Of a stretch of DNA of 64,000 bases, positions 32,225 through 42,915 are shown in pieces. A program made the position numbers and the translations under genes. How positions within the stretch are numbered: the first letter of the stretch is position 1; every line of letters starts with the position of its first letter. The stretch spans positions 3,330 through 67,329 of the IMG/VR virus record IMGVR_UViG_3300037475_000211; one strand, given 5' to 3'. This DNA is from a virus. The notes under the pieces are model-generated. The model was not told the origin of the DNA. It saw nothing but the letters and a program-made list of their open reading frames with translations, and searched no databases.

Positions 32225-32713
32225 ATGAAAGTAATTCAAAGAATTTGTGAGAAATTATCCAAAGCTTTACCGAGTTTAACAATTCGTTTACCAGATCCTA
32301 AGACTGGAATTAAGCAAGATTACTTAAGCAGATTTTATGTTTTCTTGGCTGATAGAGAATTTGGTAATATTTTCATTCATGAATTTCATAGTTCAGATTT
32401 AGATATTGGTGAAAAAGGGTTTGGATTATTGCATAACCACCCTTTTCGTTGGTCTTTTTCTTTTGTATTAATTAATGGTTATTGGGAAGAAAGATTAAAT
32501 CCAGATCAATCTATAACCAAAAAATTCATTAAACCTTTCTCTTTTAATTTCTTGTCAAGAAAAGATTTTCATCGGGTTGATTTAGTTGATGGCAAGAAAG
32601 CTTGGACTTTATTTTTTACTGGTCCAAGATCATCGCGAGGCAGTTGGGGATTCTATGATAGAGTTACAAAACAATATCGTGACTGGACTACATCACCTAA
32701 TGCAATTAAATGA
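32225..32713 (+). CDS. Cupin-fold protein
   Basis: LHNHPF...GYWEE...FHRVDL...WTLFFTG. Confidence 0.7.
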   Translation: MKVIQRICEKLSKALPSLTIRLPDPKTGIKQDYLSRFYVFLADREFGNIFIHEFHSSDLDIGEKGFGLLHNHPFRWSFSFVLINGYWEERLNPDQSITKKFIKPFSFNFLSRKDFHRVDLVDGKKAWTLFFTGPRSSRGSWGFYDRVTKQYRDWTTSPNAIK

Positions 32714-33321
32714 TTTGTTTCTTTTGTAAGAAAGATTTAAGTTCAGGATTTCATATTTATAAATGTATTAAAAAAGATCATGAATTTATTTATAGTGGAA
32801 TGAGTAAATGTTGGTATTTATATTCATCAATAGATGATTTTAGAATAGGCTGTAAATTTAAATCTATATCAGAATCTATTCATAGTTATTATATAATTCC
32901 AAATTATAGTTCTTATCTTTTTTCTTATACTCCATGTAATTTTGAGATTGATCCATTTCATATGGATGATGCTTTAGAAATTGGAAGAAAATTTATTGAG
33001 CGTTTTAATACTTTAAAAGTTTTTATATAAATGAACTGCCCTTATTGTAATAAAATATTGTCAAGTAATCCAAATCCAATCACTTATAATTGTTTTTTGA
33101 ATAATGATAAACATGAATTTTCTTGTGGAGATAAGAAAGACGATTTATGGTATTTATTATTAGATAATGAGAAAATCCAGGTTGGAAAATATCCCGGCGG
33201 ACATTATATTTTATTTAAAAATAAAGCTGGTGGAGAAAAAATAATTAAAATTGAGCCATTTGCAATTGAAGATTCATTATTAATTATTGATAAATATAAA
33301 AATTTAAGAGCTTTTAGTTGA
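32710..33321 (+). other. Two Zn-ribbon small-protein genes (32710..33030, 33031..33321) with C-terminal tag
   Basis: MxCxxC...C...HEF...WYL; end NTLKVFI and KNLRAFS. Confidence 0.65.
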
Positions 33322-33354
33322 TAGATAATGTTTCGATGAAAGATAAGTGATTTT

Positions 33355-34092
33355 ATGAAATTTAAAGATATTTTAAAAAATAAATGGTTTTTGGGAGTTA
33401 CTTTCTTTCTAGTTTATGCAGTTTTAATTAATTGGAAATTTGCAATTATATTAATGGTATCTCTTGGCTTTCATGAAAGCGGTCATGTTTGGGCGATGAA
33501 AAGAAAAGGAATTAAAACTTCTGGGTTTTATTTCATTCCTTTTATTGGTGGGGCGGCAATTGCAGAAGAACAATTTAAATCATTTAAGCAACAAGCTTAC
33601 ATTGCTATTATGGGTCCTGTTTGGGGGATGAGTTTAGCGTTTTTAACAATGATTATTGGATTTATAACTAAAAATAGTTATTGTGGAATAATAGCTTCAT
33701 TGATGGCAATATTTAATCTTTTTAACTTATTACCTTTAACATTATTAGATGGAGGGCAAGTATTAAAAACTATTGTTTTATCTGTGAATCCGTTGAAAGG
33801 ATTCTACATTATTAATATAATATCTATTATAACGGCAATTATAGCATTTTTAATTTTTAAAACTCCTTTTATTATAATATTTGCGCTGCTATCTGTTATT
33901 CAAACTAATATTGAAAAATCAAATTTTATTAAAAGTAAAGGAAGTGCTTTACTTAAAAGGCTAAATAAAAAAGAAATTATGATTGTTTCTGCACATTGGA
34001 TTCTAACTACTATAGGATTAATGTTTATCTATTTCCTTAGTCAAGGATTAGTTTTTGTATTACTAGGTCATACTTCTATTAAGATTGATTAA
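33355..34092 (+). CDS. Site-2 protease (M50 membrane metalloprotease)
   Basis: HESGH, GP, NLLP..LDGG. Confidence 0.9.
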   Translation: MKFKDILKNKWFLGVTFFLVYAVLINWKFAIILMVSLGFHESGHVWAMKRKGIKTSGFYFIPFIGGAAIAEEQFKSFKQQAYIAIMGPVWGMSLAFLTMIIGFITKNSYCGIIASLMAIFNLFNLLPLTLLDGGQVLKTIVLSVNPLKGFYIINIISIITAIIAFLIFKTPFIIIFALLSVIQTNIEKSNFIKSKGSALLKRLNKKEIMIVSAHWILTTIGLMFIYFLSQGLVFVLLGHTSIKID

Positions 34093-34299
34093 TTAAATTT
34101 ATAGTTAAGTTATGTAATACATTACTCTCCTATAGATCCTCTCATCAGTTGTCGAGAAAAAGTTCGTTTAATTTTATTAAATAATCATAAGCTTCATAAG
34201 TTATTTAATAAATAACTTAGTCTTGCATGATGTCGAGATAAGGGTTAGGCTACCTTAGAAATTTATAAAATGCTTGCTGAAAATAATAAAAAGGTTTAA

Positions 34300-35460
34300 A
34301 TGTCGATTCAACAATTACTAGATATTCCATTTCGAACATTCATTTATACAACAGGTTGCGGCGCTGGTATCCAAAATAAACTTTGGAAATTACCTGGATG
34401 CTCTTCGTTTTTAGCTGGCTGTGGTTTTCCATATGCTCCCGAGTTAACATCTGAAGTTATTGGATATACTCCAAGTAAGTTTGTTTCTAAAGAAACTGCT
34501 ATTGAATTAGCAATGTCAGCGTATATGAAAGCATTTGATGCTAGTAAATCAGATATGAATGTAATTGGTATTGGTTTATCTGGTTCAGTAGCATCGGCTA
34601 TTGAGCATAGAGGGGATCATAGGTTGTATGTAGCAGCTGTTCATAACAAAGGTTGTGATGTTACTTACGTTAAACTATCTAAAGGTAGTGGTGCTATTAA
34701 ACGAGAAGAAGATGGTGATATTTCCAATTCTTTAATTTTAAAAACTCTATATGGTGTTCTTGGTCTAGAAGATAAGATGATGTTTAAATGGTCTTATCAA
34801 GGATCTTGTTATACTCCAGAAATTGAATTATCAGAAGAGTCTGAGTTACTTTATTCCTTAATTCAAGAACGACCATTTTTTAAATCAGATGGCAGCAAGT
34901 GTTCTAGCCCAGAATTCTTTTCTGGAGAAGATTATTCAAATTATGTTTTTTATCCAGGTAGTTTTAATCCACTTCACTATGGACACCTGAATGCTAAGAA
35001 GGCTGCATTTAATGCAGCGGTTCATTTAAATAATGATATAAAGGATACTATTTTTACGACTTGTGTTAATCCTCCGCATAAAAATAAACTATCTTCTGTT
35101 GAAATTTTACAAAGAATTAAGCAGATGCGCGGACAAAATTTTCTATTAACTTGGGACGATCCATATTATACTCACAAAGCAAAGATGTTTCCAGGGAGCA
35201 ATATTATTATAGGAACAGATGTTTTGTTATCGATATTTGATCCTAAATGGAATCTTGATCCAATAGAGATGCTTAATTCTTTTAAAGAAAATAGAGTTAG
35301 ATTTTTAGTTCGAGGAAGACTTATCGATGGTAAGTTTATTAGTTTAGCTGATTGTAGGGCACAAATAAAATTATTAAATGATAATAATTATTATAATTTG
35401 TTTGCTCATGTTGATGGTAGAGATGATATTTCTTCTACTGAATTAAGAAATAAAAAATGA
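34300..35460 (+). CDS. CinA/PncC-like domain fused to a NadD-like nucleotidyltransferase
   Basis: N-terminal TGCG...PGCSSF....PY...A..LA; C-terminal PGSFNPLHYGH, IGTD, ISSTELR. Confidence 0.75.
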   Translation: MSIQQLLDIPFRTFIYTTGCGAGIQNKLWKLPGCSSFLAGCGFPYAPELTSEVIGYTPSKFVSKETAIELAMSAYMKAFDASKSDMNVIGIGLSGSVASAIEHRGDHRLYVAAVHNKGCDVTYVKLSKGSGAIKREEDGDISNSLILKTLYGVLGLEDKMMFKWSYQGSCYTPEIELSEESELLYSLIQERPFFKSDGSKCSSPEFFSGEDYSNYVFYPGSFNPLHYGHLNAKKAAFNAAVHLNNDIKDTIFTTCVNPPHKNKLSSVEILQRIKQMRGQNFLLTWDDPYYTHKAKMFPGSNIIIGTDVLLSIFDPKWNLDPIEMLNSFKENRVRFLVRGRLIDGKFISLADCRAQIKLLNDNNYYNLFAHVDGRDDISSTELRNKK

Positions 35461-35687
35461 AGTTTACTGATGCTAATGCAAGAGACTGGTTATTTAAAAC
35501 TGGCATTGAGTTAGCTAGTGATTGCTTATACGAAGATGGTGGCACACTTATTTATTATGCTAAATCTCATAAAGACAAGATAGATGAGGAGCATTTTCGT
35601 AAAATTATTAAAACTGTATTGTGGTGGGATGATGAAGACATAGATTCTGCAGTTATTGAAATTAAAAAATTAACAGCTTTTATTTGA
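35457..35687 (+). CDS. Small protein with C-terminal tag
   Basis: Ends IKKLTAFI. Confidence 0.55.
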   Translation: MKFTDANARDWLFKTGIELASDCLYEDGGTLIYYAKSHKDKIDEEHFRKIIKTVLWWDDEDIDSAVIEIKKLTAFI

Positions 35688-35695
35688 GGATTAAA

Positions 35696-36331
35696 ATGAG
35701 CAAAGTATATTGTGAAAAAACTAAGAAGTATATTAATCAAGACGATCGAAAGAAGTATTCTTTTACTGGAGAAACTCGCAAACTTGGAACAACTCGTTGT
35801 GCAGTTTTAAAGCATGCTGATACTAAACAAACCTATTTAAAGCCTTGGGATGACTTCGGATTCTTGGTAAGGAAGAAAGGCGAAGCTAATATGTATGCTA
35901 AGCTTGACAATAAGAAAGTACGAACCTTAGTCAAGGACTTCTATACTTCTTCCTTAGATGAAGAACAATTTAAAGATAAGGTTGAATCTTATGCTCGTCA
36001 ATATGGAGTATGTAACGAGACGATTTTGTCAGTAATTAATGGTGAATCATGGCGTCATATTACAGTTAATTATATTAAACAACTTCAGGCAGGTAATACT
36101 AAAGTGGTTGAAAATGTTATTGCTGCCACCAATAAAGTAAAGGGAAGAAATAAGCTTAGTCCTAATCTTGCTAAATTTATGATTCGAGACCACTTTATCA
36201 ACAAAGTTCCAGTTGTTGATCTATCAAAGAAGTTTTTAGTGTCTATCTCGACCGCTCGTCGAGTTATTGCAGGAAAAGCTTTTAAAGAAGTAACTGTACC
36301 TGCCCTTGCTGAAGTTTCTAAGTGGAAATAA
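35696..36331 (+). CDS. Protein with two HTH repeats
   Basis: ARQYGVCNETILSVING.SW and SKKFLVSISTARRVIAG. Confidence 0.55.
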   Translation: MSKVYCEKTKKYINQDDRKKYSFTGETRKLGTTRCAVLKHADTKQTYLKPWDDFGFLVRKKGEANMYAKLDNKKVRTLVKDFYTSSLDEEQFKDKVESYARQYGVCNETILSVINGESWRHITVNYIKQLQAGNTKVVENVIAATNKVKGRNKLSPNLAKFMIRDHFINKVPVVDLSKKFLVSISTARRVIAGKAFKEVTVPALAEVSKWK

Positions 36332-36605
36332 ATGAGCACAAAAAATTCAATATATCCTTGTCCCATATGTCAATTACCTATGTTTATAACTGGAACAGAT
36401 AATAAAAATAGAAAAATAGGAAGTTGTGGACATGTTTGGTCGTTTAAAAAAACTAGATCAGCAAAGAAATTAGATAGAAAATATGTGGTTACACCATTCG
36501 GATTAGAATTGAGAAAGTAATTTTAAAATTTAAATAAATTTTAAATAATTTGACACGCCCTCGTTGAGTGTTAATTATTGATTTTCAATCAAAGGATAAT
36601 AAATT

Positions 36606-36977
36606 ATGAAACAAAGTAAGAATATTAATTTAATATTTATCAATGTTGTGGCGGCTTCTTTATTAGCTGGCTGTTCTACACCACAAGATAATAAGCAATG
36701 TGTTGATGAAAATGGTGTAGTGATTGATGAATCTAATTGTAATCCTGATAGTGTTGGTTATAGCCCTCACTATCGCTGGTATTATGGTGGAGGTTTGTTT
36801 AATAGGGGCATGCGAGTAAATGGTGGCAGCTATTATCCTAACAATGGTCGTTCTTATGTAACACCTTCACAAAGAGCTATTTCTGGTGGAGAAAGTGTTT
36901 CTGGAGGATCGAAAGTATCTTCTCCAATTAGTCGTGGTGGATTTGGAACAACCGGGCATTCTTCAGGCGGAGAATAA
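36606..36977 (+). CDS. YgiB/DUF1190-like lipoprotein
   Basis: Lipobox LAGC, two Cys, C-terminal SRGGFG; directly upstream of the Gsp-synthase-like gene. Confidence 0.7.
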   Translation: MKQSKNINLIFINVVAASLLAGCSTPQDNKQCVDENGVVIDESNCNPDSVGYSPHYRWYYGGGLFNRGMRVNGGSYYPNNGRSYVTPSQRAISGGESVSGGSKVSSPISRGGFGTTGHSSGGE

Positions 36978-36978
36978 G

Positions 36979-38127
36979 ATGTTAAGAAAAACTACTTCTG
37001 TAAGAAAAAATTGGGAAAAGACTATTGAATCTCAAGGGTTTTTATTTCATTCAGTTGAAGGTAAACCTTATTGGGATGAGTCTGCATATTATGAGTTTAC
37101 TTCTGCACAAGTAGATGAATTAGAAGCTGCTACTAATACTTTACATGAGATGTGTTTAGCTGCTGTACAGCACGTTATTGACAACAAACTATATGCTAAG
37201 CTTCATATTCCTGAATGGGCAATTCCTTTAATTGAATATTCTTGGAACAACGAAACACCTGCTATTTATGGTCGATTTGATTTTTCTTATGATGGAAAAT
37301 CTTCTCCCAAGATGTTAGAGTATAATGCGGACACTCCGACTTCTTTATTAGAGTCTGGTGTTATTCAGTGGTTTTGGATGAAGGATAAGTTTCCTGCCGC
37401 CGATCAATTTAATTCTATTCATGAAAAATTGGTTGCCAAATGGACTGAGTTAAAAGACTATTTGAATTTTGGTCCCTTATATTTTACTGGACTTGATATG
37501 ATTGAAGACTATATGAATCTTCAATATATGATGGAGACTGCTAAGCAAGGTGGACTTGAAGTAAAGGAAATTAATATTGCCGATATTGGTTGGCATAATA
37601 TTGATCAAAAGTTTATTGATAATGAGTACTATACCATTACTAATATGTTTAAACTTTATCCTTGGGAGTGGTTATTGCATGAAGAATTTGGCAAAAACAT
37701 TGCAGCATGCTTTGATAAGACTTTTTGGATTGAACCACCATGGAAACTTATCCTTTCTAATAAAGGAATTCTACCTATTTTATGGGAATTAAATCCAAAT
37801 CATCCTAACTTGTTGCCGGCATTCTTTGATAAGAATCCTGCTCTTGGAGATAAATTTATTACAAAACCGCTTTATTCTCGTGAAGGTTCTAATATAACTA
37901 TTTTTGATGAATCTTCTAAAGAGCTAAAGGTGATGGAAACTGATGGTGAATATGGTGAAGAAGGAGTTATCTTCCAAAAGTTTGCACCATTAGCTGATTT
38001 TGATGGCAATCATCCAATGATTGGTAGTTGGGTGATTGATGGAGTTTCGGCTGGTATTGGTATCAGAGAAGATAAGACTTTGATTACTGGAAATTTTAGT
38101 CGCTTTGTTCCGCACATCTTTAAATAA
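36979..38127 (+). CDS. Glutathionylspermidine-synthase-like ATP-grasp ligase (YgiC-like)
   Basis: YWDESAYY, YGRFD, EYNADTPTSLLE, FKLYPWEW, SNKGIL, SREG, SRFVPH. Confidence 0.92.
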   Translation: MLRKTTSVRKNWEKTIESQGFLFHSVEGKPYWDESAYYEFTSAQVDELEAATNTLHEMCLAAVQHVIDNKLYAKLHIPEWAIPLIEYSWNNETPAIYGRFDFSYDGKSSPKMLEYNADTPTSLLESGVIQWFWMKDKFPAADQFNSIHEKLVAKWTELKDYLNFGPLYFTGLDMIEDYMNLQYMMETAKQGGLEVKEINIADIGWHNIDQKFIDNEYYTITNMFKLYPWEWLLHEEFGKNIAACFDKTFWIEPPWKLILSNKGILPILWELNPNHPNLLPAFFDKNPALGDKFITKPLYSREGSNITIFDESSKELKVMETDGEYGEEGVIFQKFAPLADFDGNHPMIGSWVIDGVSAGIGIREDKTLITGNFSRFVPHIFK

Positions 38128-38131
38128 TTTA

Positions 38132-39031
38132 ATGTCTTTATCTAAAATTTACAGAGTTTCACCCAAGAAAGAATATAATGGTAGAACCGGAAGAAACTTT
38201 ACATTTATTTGCCAAAAAAGAATAAAGTTTTTCTTTCTTTATTTTTGGACTAATATAGATAGTAATTCATATTATACGTCAGAAGACGCAGAAGTTTTTC
38301 TTAAATCTTATTTAAGAGAAAAGTATTATGTTAAATATTTTTGTATTGAAAATAACTTATCTATTTTTGATGGTGAAACTCTAATTGAGTTAGAAAAGAA
38401 AACAAAATTGAAAGCATTTCTTTAATGTATAGAATAAAAAGTCAACGTTTAAGTGATGATTATTATATTTATTATATAGAATTGAAAACAAAATTCTTAT
38501 TCTTCTCTTATTGGAAGAGGCAGGCACATAAACTTTTATATTCTCAAAAAGAAGCTGAAGATTATTTACCTTTTCTTCTTGCTGAAAAAGAAGCAAGTAA
38601 AAAGATTAAATATTATCATATTATTGGTGATGAAATTTCATCAGGAAACTCTGAATCTGAAGCAATTAAAAAATTTAAGTTAAGGGCGTTTTCATAATTA
38701 AAATATGTATATATCAAAAGTTGTAGAGTGTAAGTCTCTTTTAGAAATTTTCTTTTTTATAAAAGAAGAGTTATTAAATGGCGTAAAGCCCGTAGAGATT
38801 TATAGATCACAAGTATCTTGTGATGAAAAGTATAGAACATTATTAGATAATGATTATTATTTTTGGCCATTCGAAAGTGGTATAGCATACTCTATACATT
38901 TTAATAATTATTATAAAGACAATTTTTTTTATAAAGATATTAGAGACTTAAATACAGAAGATTATTTTAAATTTATTATTAATAATGCTGATAGAATTGA
39001 TAAAATGTATAAGATGAAAGCTTTTTTATAA
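38132..39031 (+). other. Three small genes with C-terminal tag (38132..38425, 38425..38697, 38705..39031)
   Basis: End KLKAFL, KLRAFS, KMKAFL; the first two are paralogous (KF.F.[YS].W). Confidence 0.7.
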
Positions 39032-39040
39032 AGGAAAATT

Positions 39041-39889
39041 ATGTGTATTTCAACTAGTTTGAGCAGAATGTCAGATACTTTATTGTATTCTGGAGAAGGT
39101 ACTTATAATGATAAGTATGTTCATGTGATGGCATATCAAAATTCAGCCTATAATTTATCTAATGTCGCCAATGCTATGATTCTTCCGTTTCCGACTTCTC
39201 AGGAAATGAATGAGAATAACATTATAGATACGACTACCTTCTCTTCTTTCTTAAAAAATATCTCTGATGCAACCAAGTTACACAGTAAAATGTTGGGAGG
39301 GTTCGCACTTAATAGTGATAAATTAGGATCTCGAAGCTTTAAAGTTTTTGATAAGGGATCTTATACTGTAGTTCTGGCAAATGATTTAAATAAGATTCAA
39401 GATGCATTACAGTTTGTTCCAGAGCATAAGAGACCTATCATCACTGATGAGTTCTTAGAAGGTTATGGATCTTTATATAAAGATCTTCCAGTCGCTATTT
39501 GTTGTTGGGCTGGCAATGTAAAAGCCGAGCCTTTGTTATGGTGGTATGAGCCTAAGGATAAGGAAACATTCTTTATTCCAACTATGGATGCTCATGATGG
39601 TAAAGCACCAATGCCACGAGTTACAGTTGATACAGATCATATCATCTCGGTAGGATCTGCAGTAAATGACTTATCTACGTCTAAAGTTTATTATAATCAA
39701 AAAATTCCAACCAGTGTAGCCGGTCTTTTACCAACTTCAGTATATGGAACTAAAATAAATTTTGGCATTCCTAATGGTGATATGTGGATTGATGTTAGGC
39801 AGCCGGGTCATTTTCCGCTACTTAACAGAGGTCTATTTAATACTAGAGAAGTGTTCGCTAGAGATATTAGAATGGATGGATGGTACTAA
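39041..39889 (+). CDS. Hypothetical protein
   Basis: 282-aa ORF with RBS; NAMILPFP, PTMDAHDG. Confidence 0.5.
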   Translation: MCISTSLSRMSDTLLYSGEGTYNDKYVHVMAYQNSAYNLSNVANAMILPFPTSQEMNENNIIDTTTFSSFLKNISDATKLHSKMLGGFALNSDKLGSRSFKVFDKGSYTVVLANDLNKIQDALQFVPEHKRPIITDEFLEGYGSLYKDLPVAICCWAGNVKAEPLLWWYEPKDKETFFIPTMDAHDGKAPMPRVTVDTDHIISVGSAVNDLSTSKVYYNQKIPTSVAGLLPTSVYGTKINFGIPNGDMWIDVRQPGHFPLLNRGLFNTREVFARDIRMDGWY

Positions 39890-39895
39890 AATAGT

Positions 39896-39911
39896 TCCCA
39901 TCATCTAACGG
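39896..39911 (+). promoter_or_regulatory. TCCCATC-N3-TAACGG motif, copy 6
   Basis: tcccatc atc taacgg, 22 nt before the tRNA-like RNA. Confidence 0.7.
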
Positions 39912-39933
39912 TGGTGTTACATGAATTAACAAT

Positions 39934-40010
39934 GTCTCGATACCGGCTCATTTTTCTAAATTGAGTACCGTAATTGGATTATGTAGGTTCGATCCCTACT
40001 CGAGATGCCA
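39934..40010 (+). ncRNA. Atypical tRNA-like RNA lacking a D arm
   Basis: GTCTCGA/TCGAGAT acceptor, G-CCA end, GTAGG-TTCGATC-CCTAC T arm; a single hairpin gctca..tgagt in place of D and anticodon arms. Confidence 0.6.
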
Positions 40011-40395
40011 GGCAATTGTAAATTAATATGAATTTTAACGAAGCTTTTAAATCTTTTAAAGATAAATATTTATCTACTCCAAGAGTAATTAATATCATTG
40101 AGAATGATTTTGGTGGAAATGATATTACTGTTCTTTATTATGATAAGCATGATAAGTCTCCGCCTTTAACTATGTCTTCTTGGGAAGGCTATCCTGTTGT
40201 TCATAGGGGAATGATTGAACTTAGAGATATGTGGGAACATATATTTGATATTCAGGTATTGAATGATCCCAACTCTTGGGAGCAAGAAGTCCCAATGTCT
40301 TGTCATTATAAGTCTGTTGCTAAAAAGATAGCTGAATATGAATTGAGGAAATAATTCTACTACACAGAAATGAAATAACTGATATATAATAACGT

Positions 40396-41136
40396 ATGAG
40401 TTGTTTAAATTGTAGTGAATTAATTAAGTGTAAGCATTGTTATGATAAAGAACGATATTTAAAAATAAAAGAGGGTAGTTGGAAATTCAATCCAACACCA
40501 CCAAATCATTTAACTGATGTTCAAGAGCAAGTTTTAATAGGCGGTCTTTTAGGAGATTTACACTTATATCAATATAAGAATCAAATAAACTCAGGTATTG
40601 CTGTAGGTCGCTCAATTAAAGATAAAGAATATTTAGAATATCAATTTAATTTGTTCAAAGGTTTTTGTTCATCAGGAATTAAAATTAGAGATACTTTTGA
40701 CAAAAGAACTAATAAAAAATACAGTGGATGTTCTTTTAGAACACAAGTGGCTCCCATTTTTCAATCATTTAAAAATAAATGGTATCCTAATAATATTAAA
40801 ACTATTCCTTTAGATTTAAAATTAACTCCAAAGATATGTGCTATCTGGTTTTGTGATGATGGTAGTGTTAATAATGTTTCTAAAAGTGGAAGAATAACTT
40901 TATCTTTATATACTGATGGCTTTCTTAAAAAAGAAGTAGAGTTTTTAAGAGACATTCTAAATAAAGAATTAGATAGTAATTTTAAAATTGGTAAGAAAAA
41001 TTCTACTAAAGATCCAGATAAAGGATATTATATGTGTGGACAACATGAAAGCTCAATGAAATTGATTAAATATATGAAACCAGAATTTCCTATCTCTATG
41101 AGTCGAAAGTCTGATAAATGGAAAGGTTTAATTTAA
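40396..41136 (+). mobile_element. LAGLIDADG homing endonuclease (two-motif type)
   Basis: LIGGLLGD and AIWFCDDGS; GATATATA at 40381-40388. Confidence 0.85.
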
Positions 41137-41270
41137 ATGCCATTTCACGTGTGTTCTGATGAAATTTTAATGCTCATGGCTATGATTCCTTTTATAGGTT
41201 TCTATTTTAAGAAGCTTCATCTTTGGTATCATATTAAAATGAAACATAGAGACCATAACGGTAACAAAGC

Positions 41271-42914
41271 ATGAATGATTTTTATAATTTATTAAATACT
41301 GTATGTGTAACTCCAACTGGGATTAAAGTAAAATCTATTGCATTTTATGATGAATTTGGTTATCCAGTTTATGATCCACAAAGTTTATCTCCAGTTTCAC
41401 AAAAAGCAAAATCTATCATTCATGGCATTCCATTCTTTGAAAGAAAAGAATTAAACAAGTATGTCTCACTACGAGACCCAGCCAATTGTGCTTTTTCTTA
41501 TTCTAAGACTTTAGAATTAATACAAGTAGCAGACGATATAGAAAGTCTTCCAAATAAGATTTGGACACAAAAGAAAACTATTTTCGCCCGTCCCTGTCCC
41601 ATTTCTCCTCGTCATGGGTTCGTAGATAGTAGAGTTATTTCTTCAAGAAAACAATTAGAAGATCTTCTTATTGAAGTTAAAGCGGCAGACTCTAAGGGAG
41701 AAATTATTTTAGCTCCATTTATAGAAGCCGAATATAGCGCAGTCTTATGTAGTAATGGATTTTTATCAGTTGGACCAGGTCATGATGGTGCAACTTCAGG
41801 AACCAATAGTATTGCTTTTCCTGTAGCACCAGTTATTATTTCTAATAAAGTTAGATTTGCTTCTGGATTATCATCAAAGTCTACAATTTTTATTGAGGGA
41901 GTTATTAAGAAAGACCCTCCTAGAAATGCAAATATTGCAGCTTATCCTAAGACGTTTTACGTAACTCAGCTACGGGGAGGACCAAACATTAATGTAATGA
42001 ATGATTTTATTCCATCAGATTTGGTAGTAAAAAAGATTGTTGTTCCACATAACAATCTTTTAAAATGGGAGAGTGATGTTAAAGATTTTAAAGCTGGTAC
42101 CGTTGTATATGGCAAAGGACATACATTAACTAGTCATGCCGCAATCCATTGTGTAATCAATAAAATTCCATTTATTACTTCTTTTGAACCTAAAATTAAT
42201 CAATCTTTAAAACCTTCCTCGCAAGACAAATTCATTTTTAATAAAGAAAGTTTCTTAAAAGGAGTTCATGTTGGATTATATGGCAATATTAATAAAAGAA
42301 AGATGCTGCATTTTGCAGCTATTGTACTGCACAACTGGACATATCTAAGATGTTCTGAACATTCTTCTTGGTTATTAGGTATTGCAGCTTGCTATACAAC
42401 AAGAATACTTGCTGCTTTGTCTTATGGAGAGTATAGACATTGTAATAAAAAAACAGTTAAACTGAAAAATATTGCCAGTCATAAGACTAGACAATCAGTT
42501 TATTCATCGGTTTTAGATCCATCTACCTTTAGTTTATATATTAAAAATGCTTATAAAATTAAGAAAGATTTTCTTAATAAAGATAAGTTTAGACGCGGTT
42601 TTGGTGGAAAAACATGGTCAGAAGCTATAAAACATTCTATTATAATGTGGAATGCAATTATTGATTTACAAAATAGTAAAGTTTCAAGCACTATTAAAAT
42701 TAATAAATTAATTTCTTTAATTAATAAATCTGTTAATTTGGTTCATAATAATGGCTGGTTATTTAATAAAATATCAGATCAAAATACTATGAAAAAAATT
42801 GCAGATATGCCAGGAATGTCTGCATTTGAGTTAGCAGACGTGTTTCATATTAATTTTTGTAGAGTTCAAAGTGTTAAGAAAATTAAATCTTATCTTAAGG
42901 TGCAGGTAAATTAA
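41271..42914 (+). CDS. PEP-utilising-enzyme-like protein (ATP-grasp-like N-terminus plus swivelling phospho-His domain)
   Basis: FARPCP..PRHGFVDSR, GHDGAT, TQLR; LTSHAAIH....KIP. Confidence 0.65.
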   Translation: MNDFYNLLNTVCVTPTGIKVKSIAFYDEFGYPVYDPQSLSPVSQKAKSIIHGIPFFERKELNKYVSLRDPANCAFSYSKTLELIQVADDIESLPNKIWTQKKTIFARPCPISPRHGFVDSRVISSRKQLEDLLIEVKAADSKGEIILAPFIEAEYSAVLCSNGFLSVGPGHDGATSGTNSIAFPVAPVIISNKVRFASGLSSKSTIFIEGVIKKDPPRNANIAAYPKTFYVTQLRGGPNINVMNDFIPSDLVVKKIVVPHNNLLKWESDVKDFKAGTVVYGKGHTLTSHAAIHCVINKIPFITSFEPKINQSLKPSSQDKFIFNKESFLKGVHVGLYGNINKRKMLHFAAIVLHNWTYLRCSEHSSWLLGIAACYTTRILAALSYGEYRHCNKKTVKLKNIASHKTRQSVYSSVLDPSTFSLYIKNAYKIKKDFLNKDKFRRGFGGKTWSEAIKHSIIMWNAIIDLQNSKVSSTIKINKLISLINKSVNLVHNNGWLFNKISDQNTMKKIADMPGMSAFELADVFHINFCRVQSVKKIKSYLKVQVN

Positions 42915-42915
42915 T

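Noticed and set aside
36550-36578. Sigma70 promoter upstream of the YgiB-like gene
   Set aside because: TTGACA is present but there is no convincing -10 element at 16-18 nt spacing
39950-39962. Amber suppressor reading (TT-CTA-AA) of the tRNA-like RNA
   Set aside because: The flanking bases do not pair in that register; the stem centres on TCT instead
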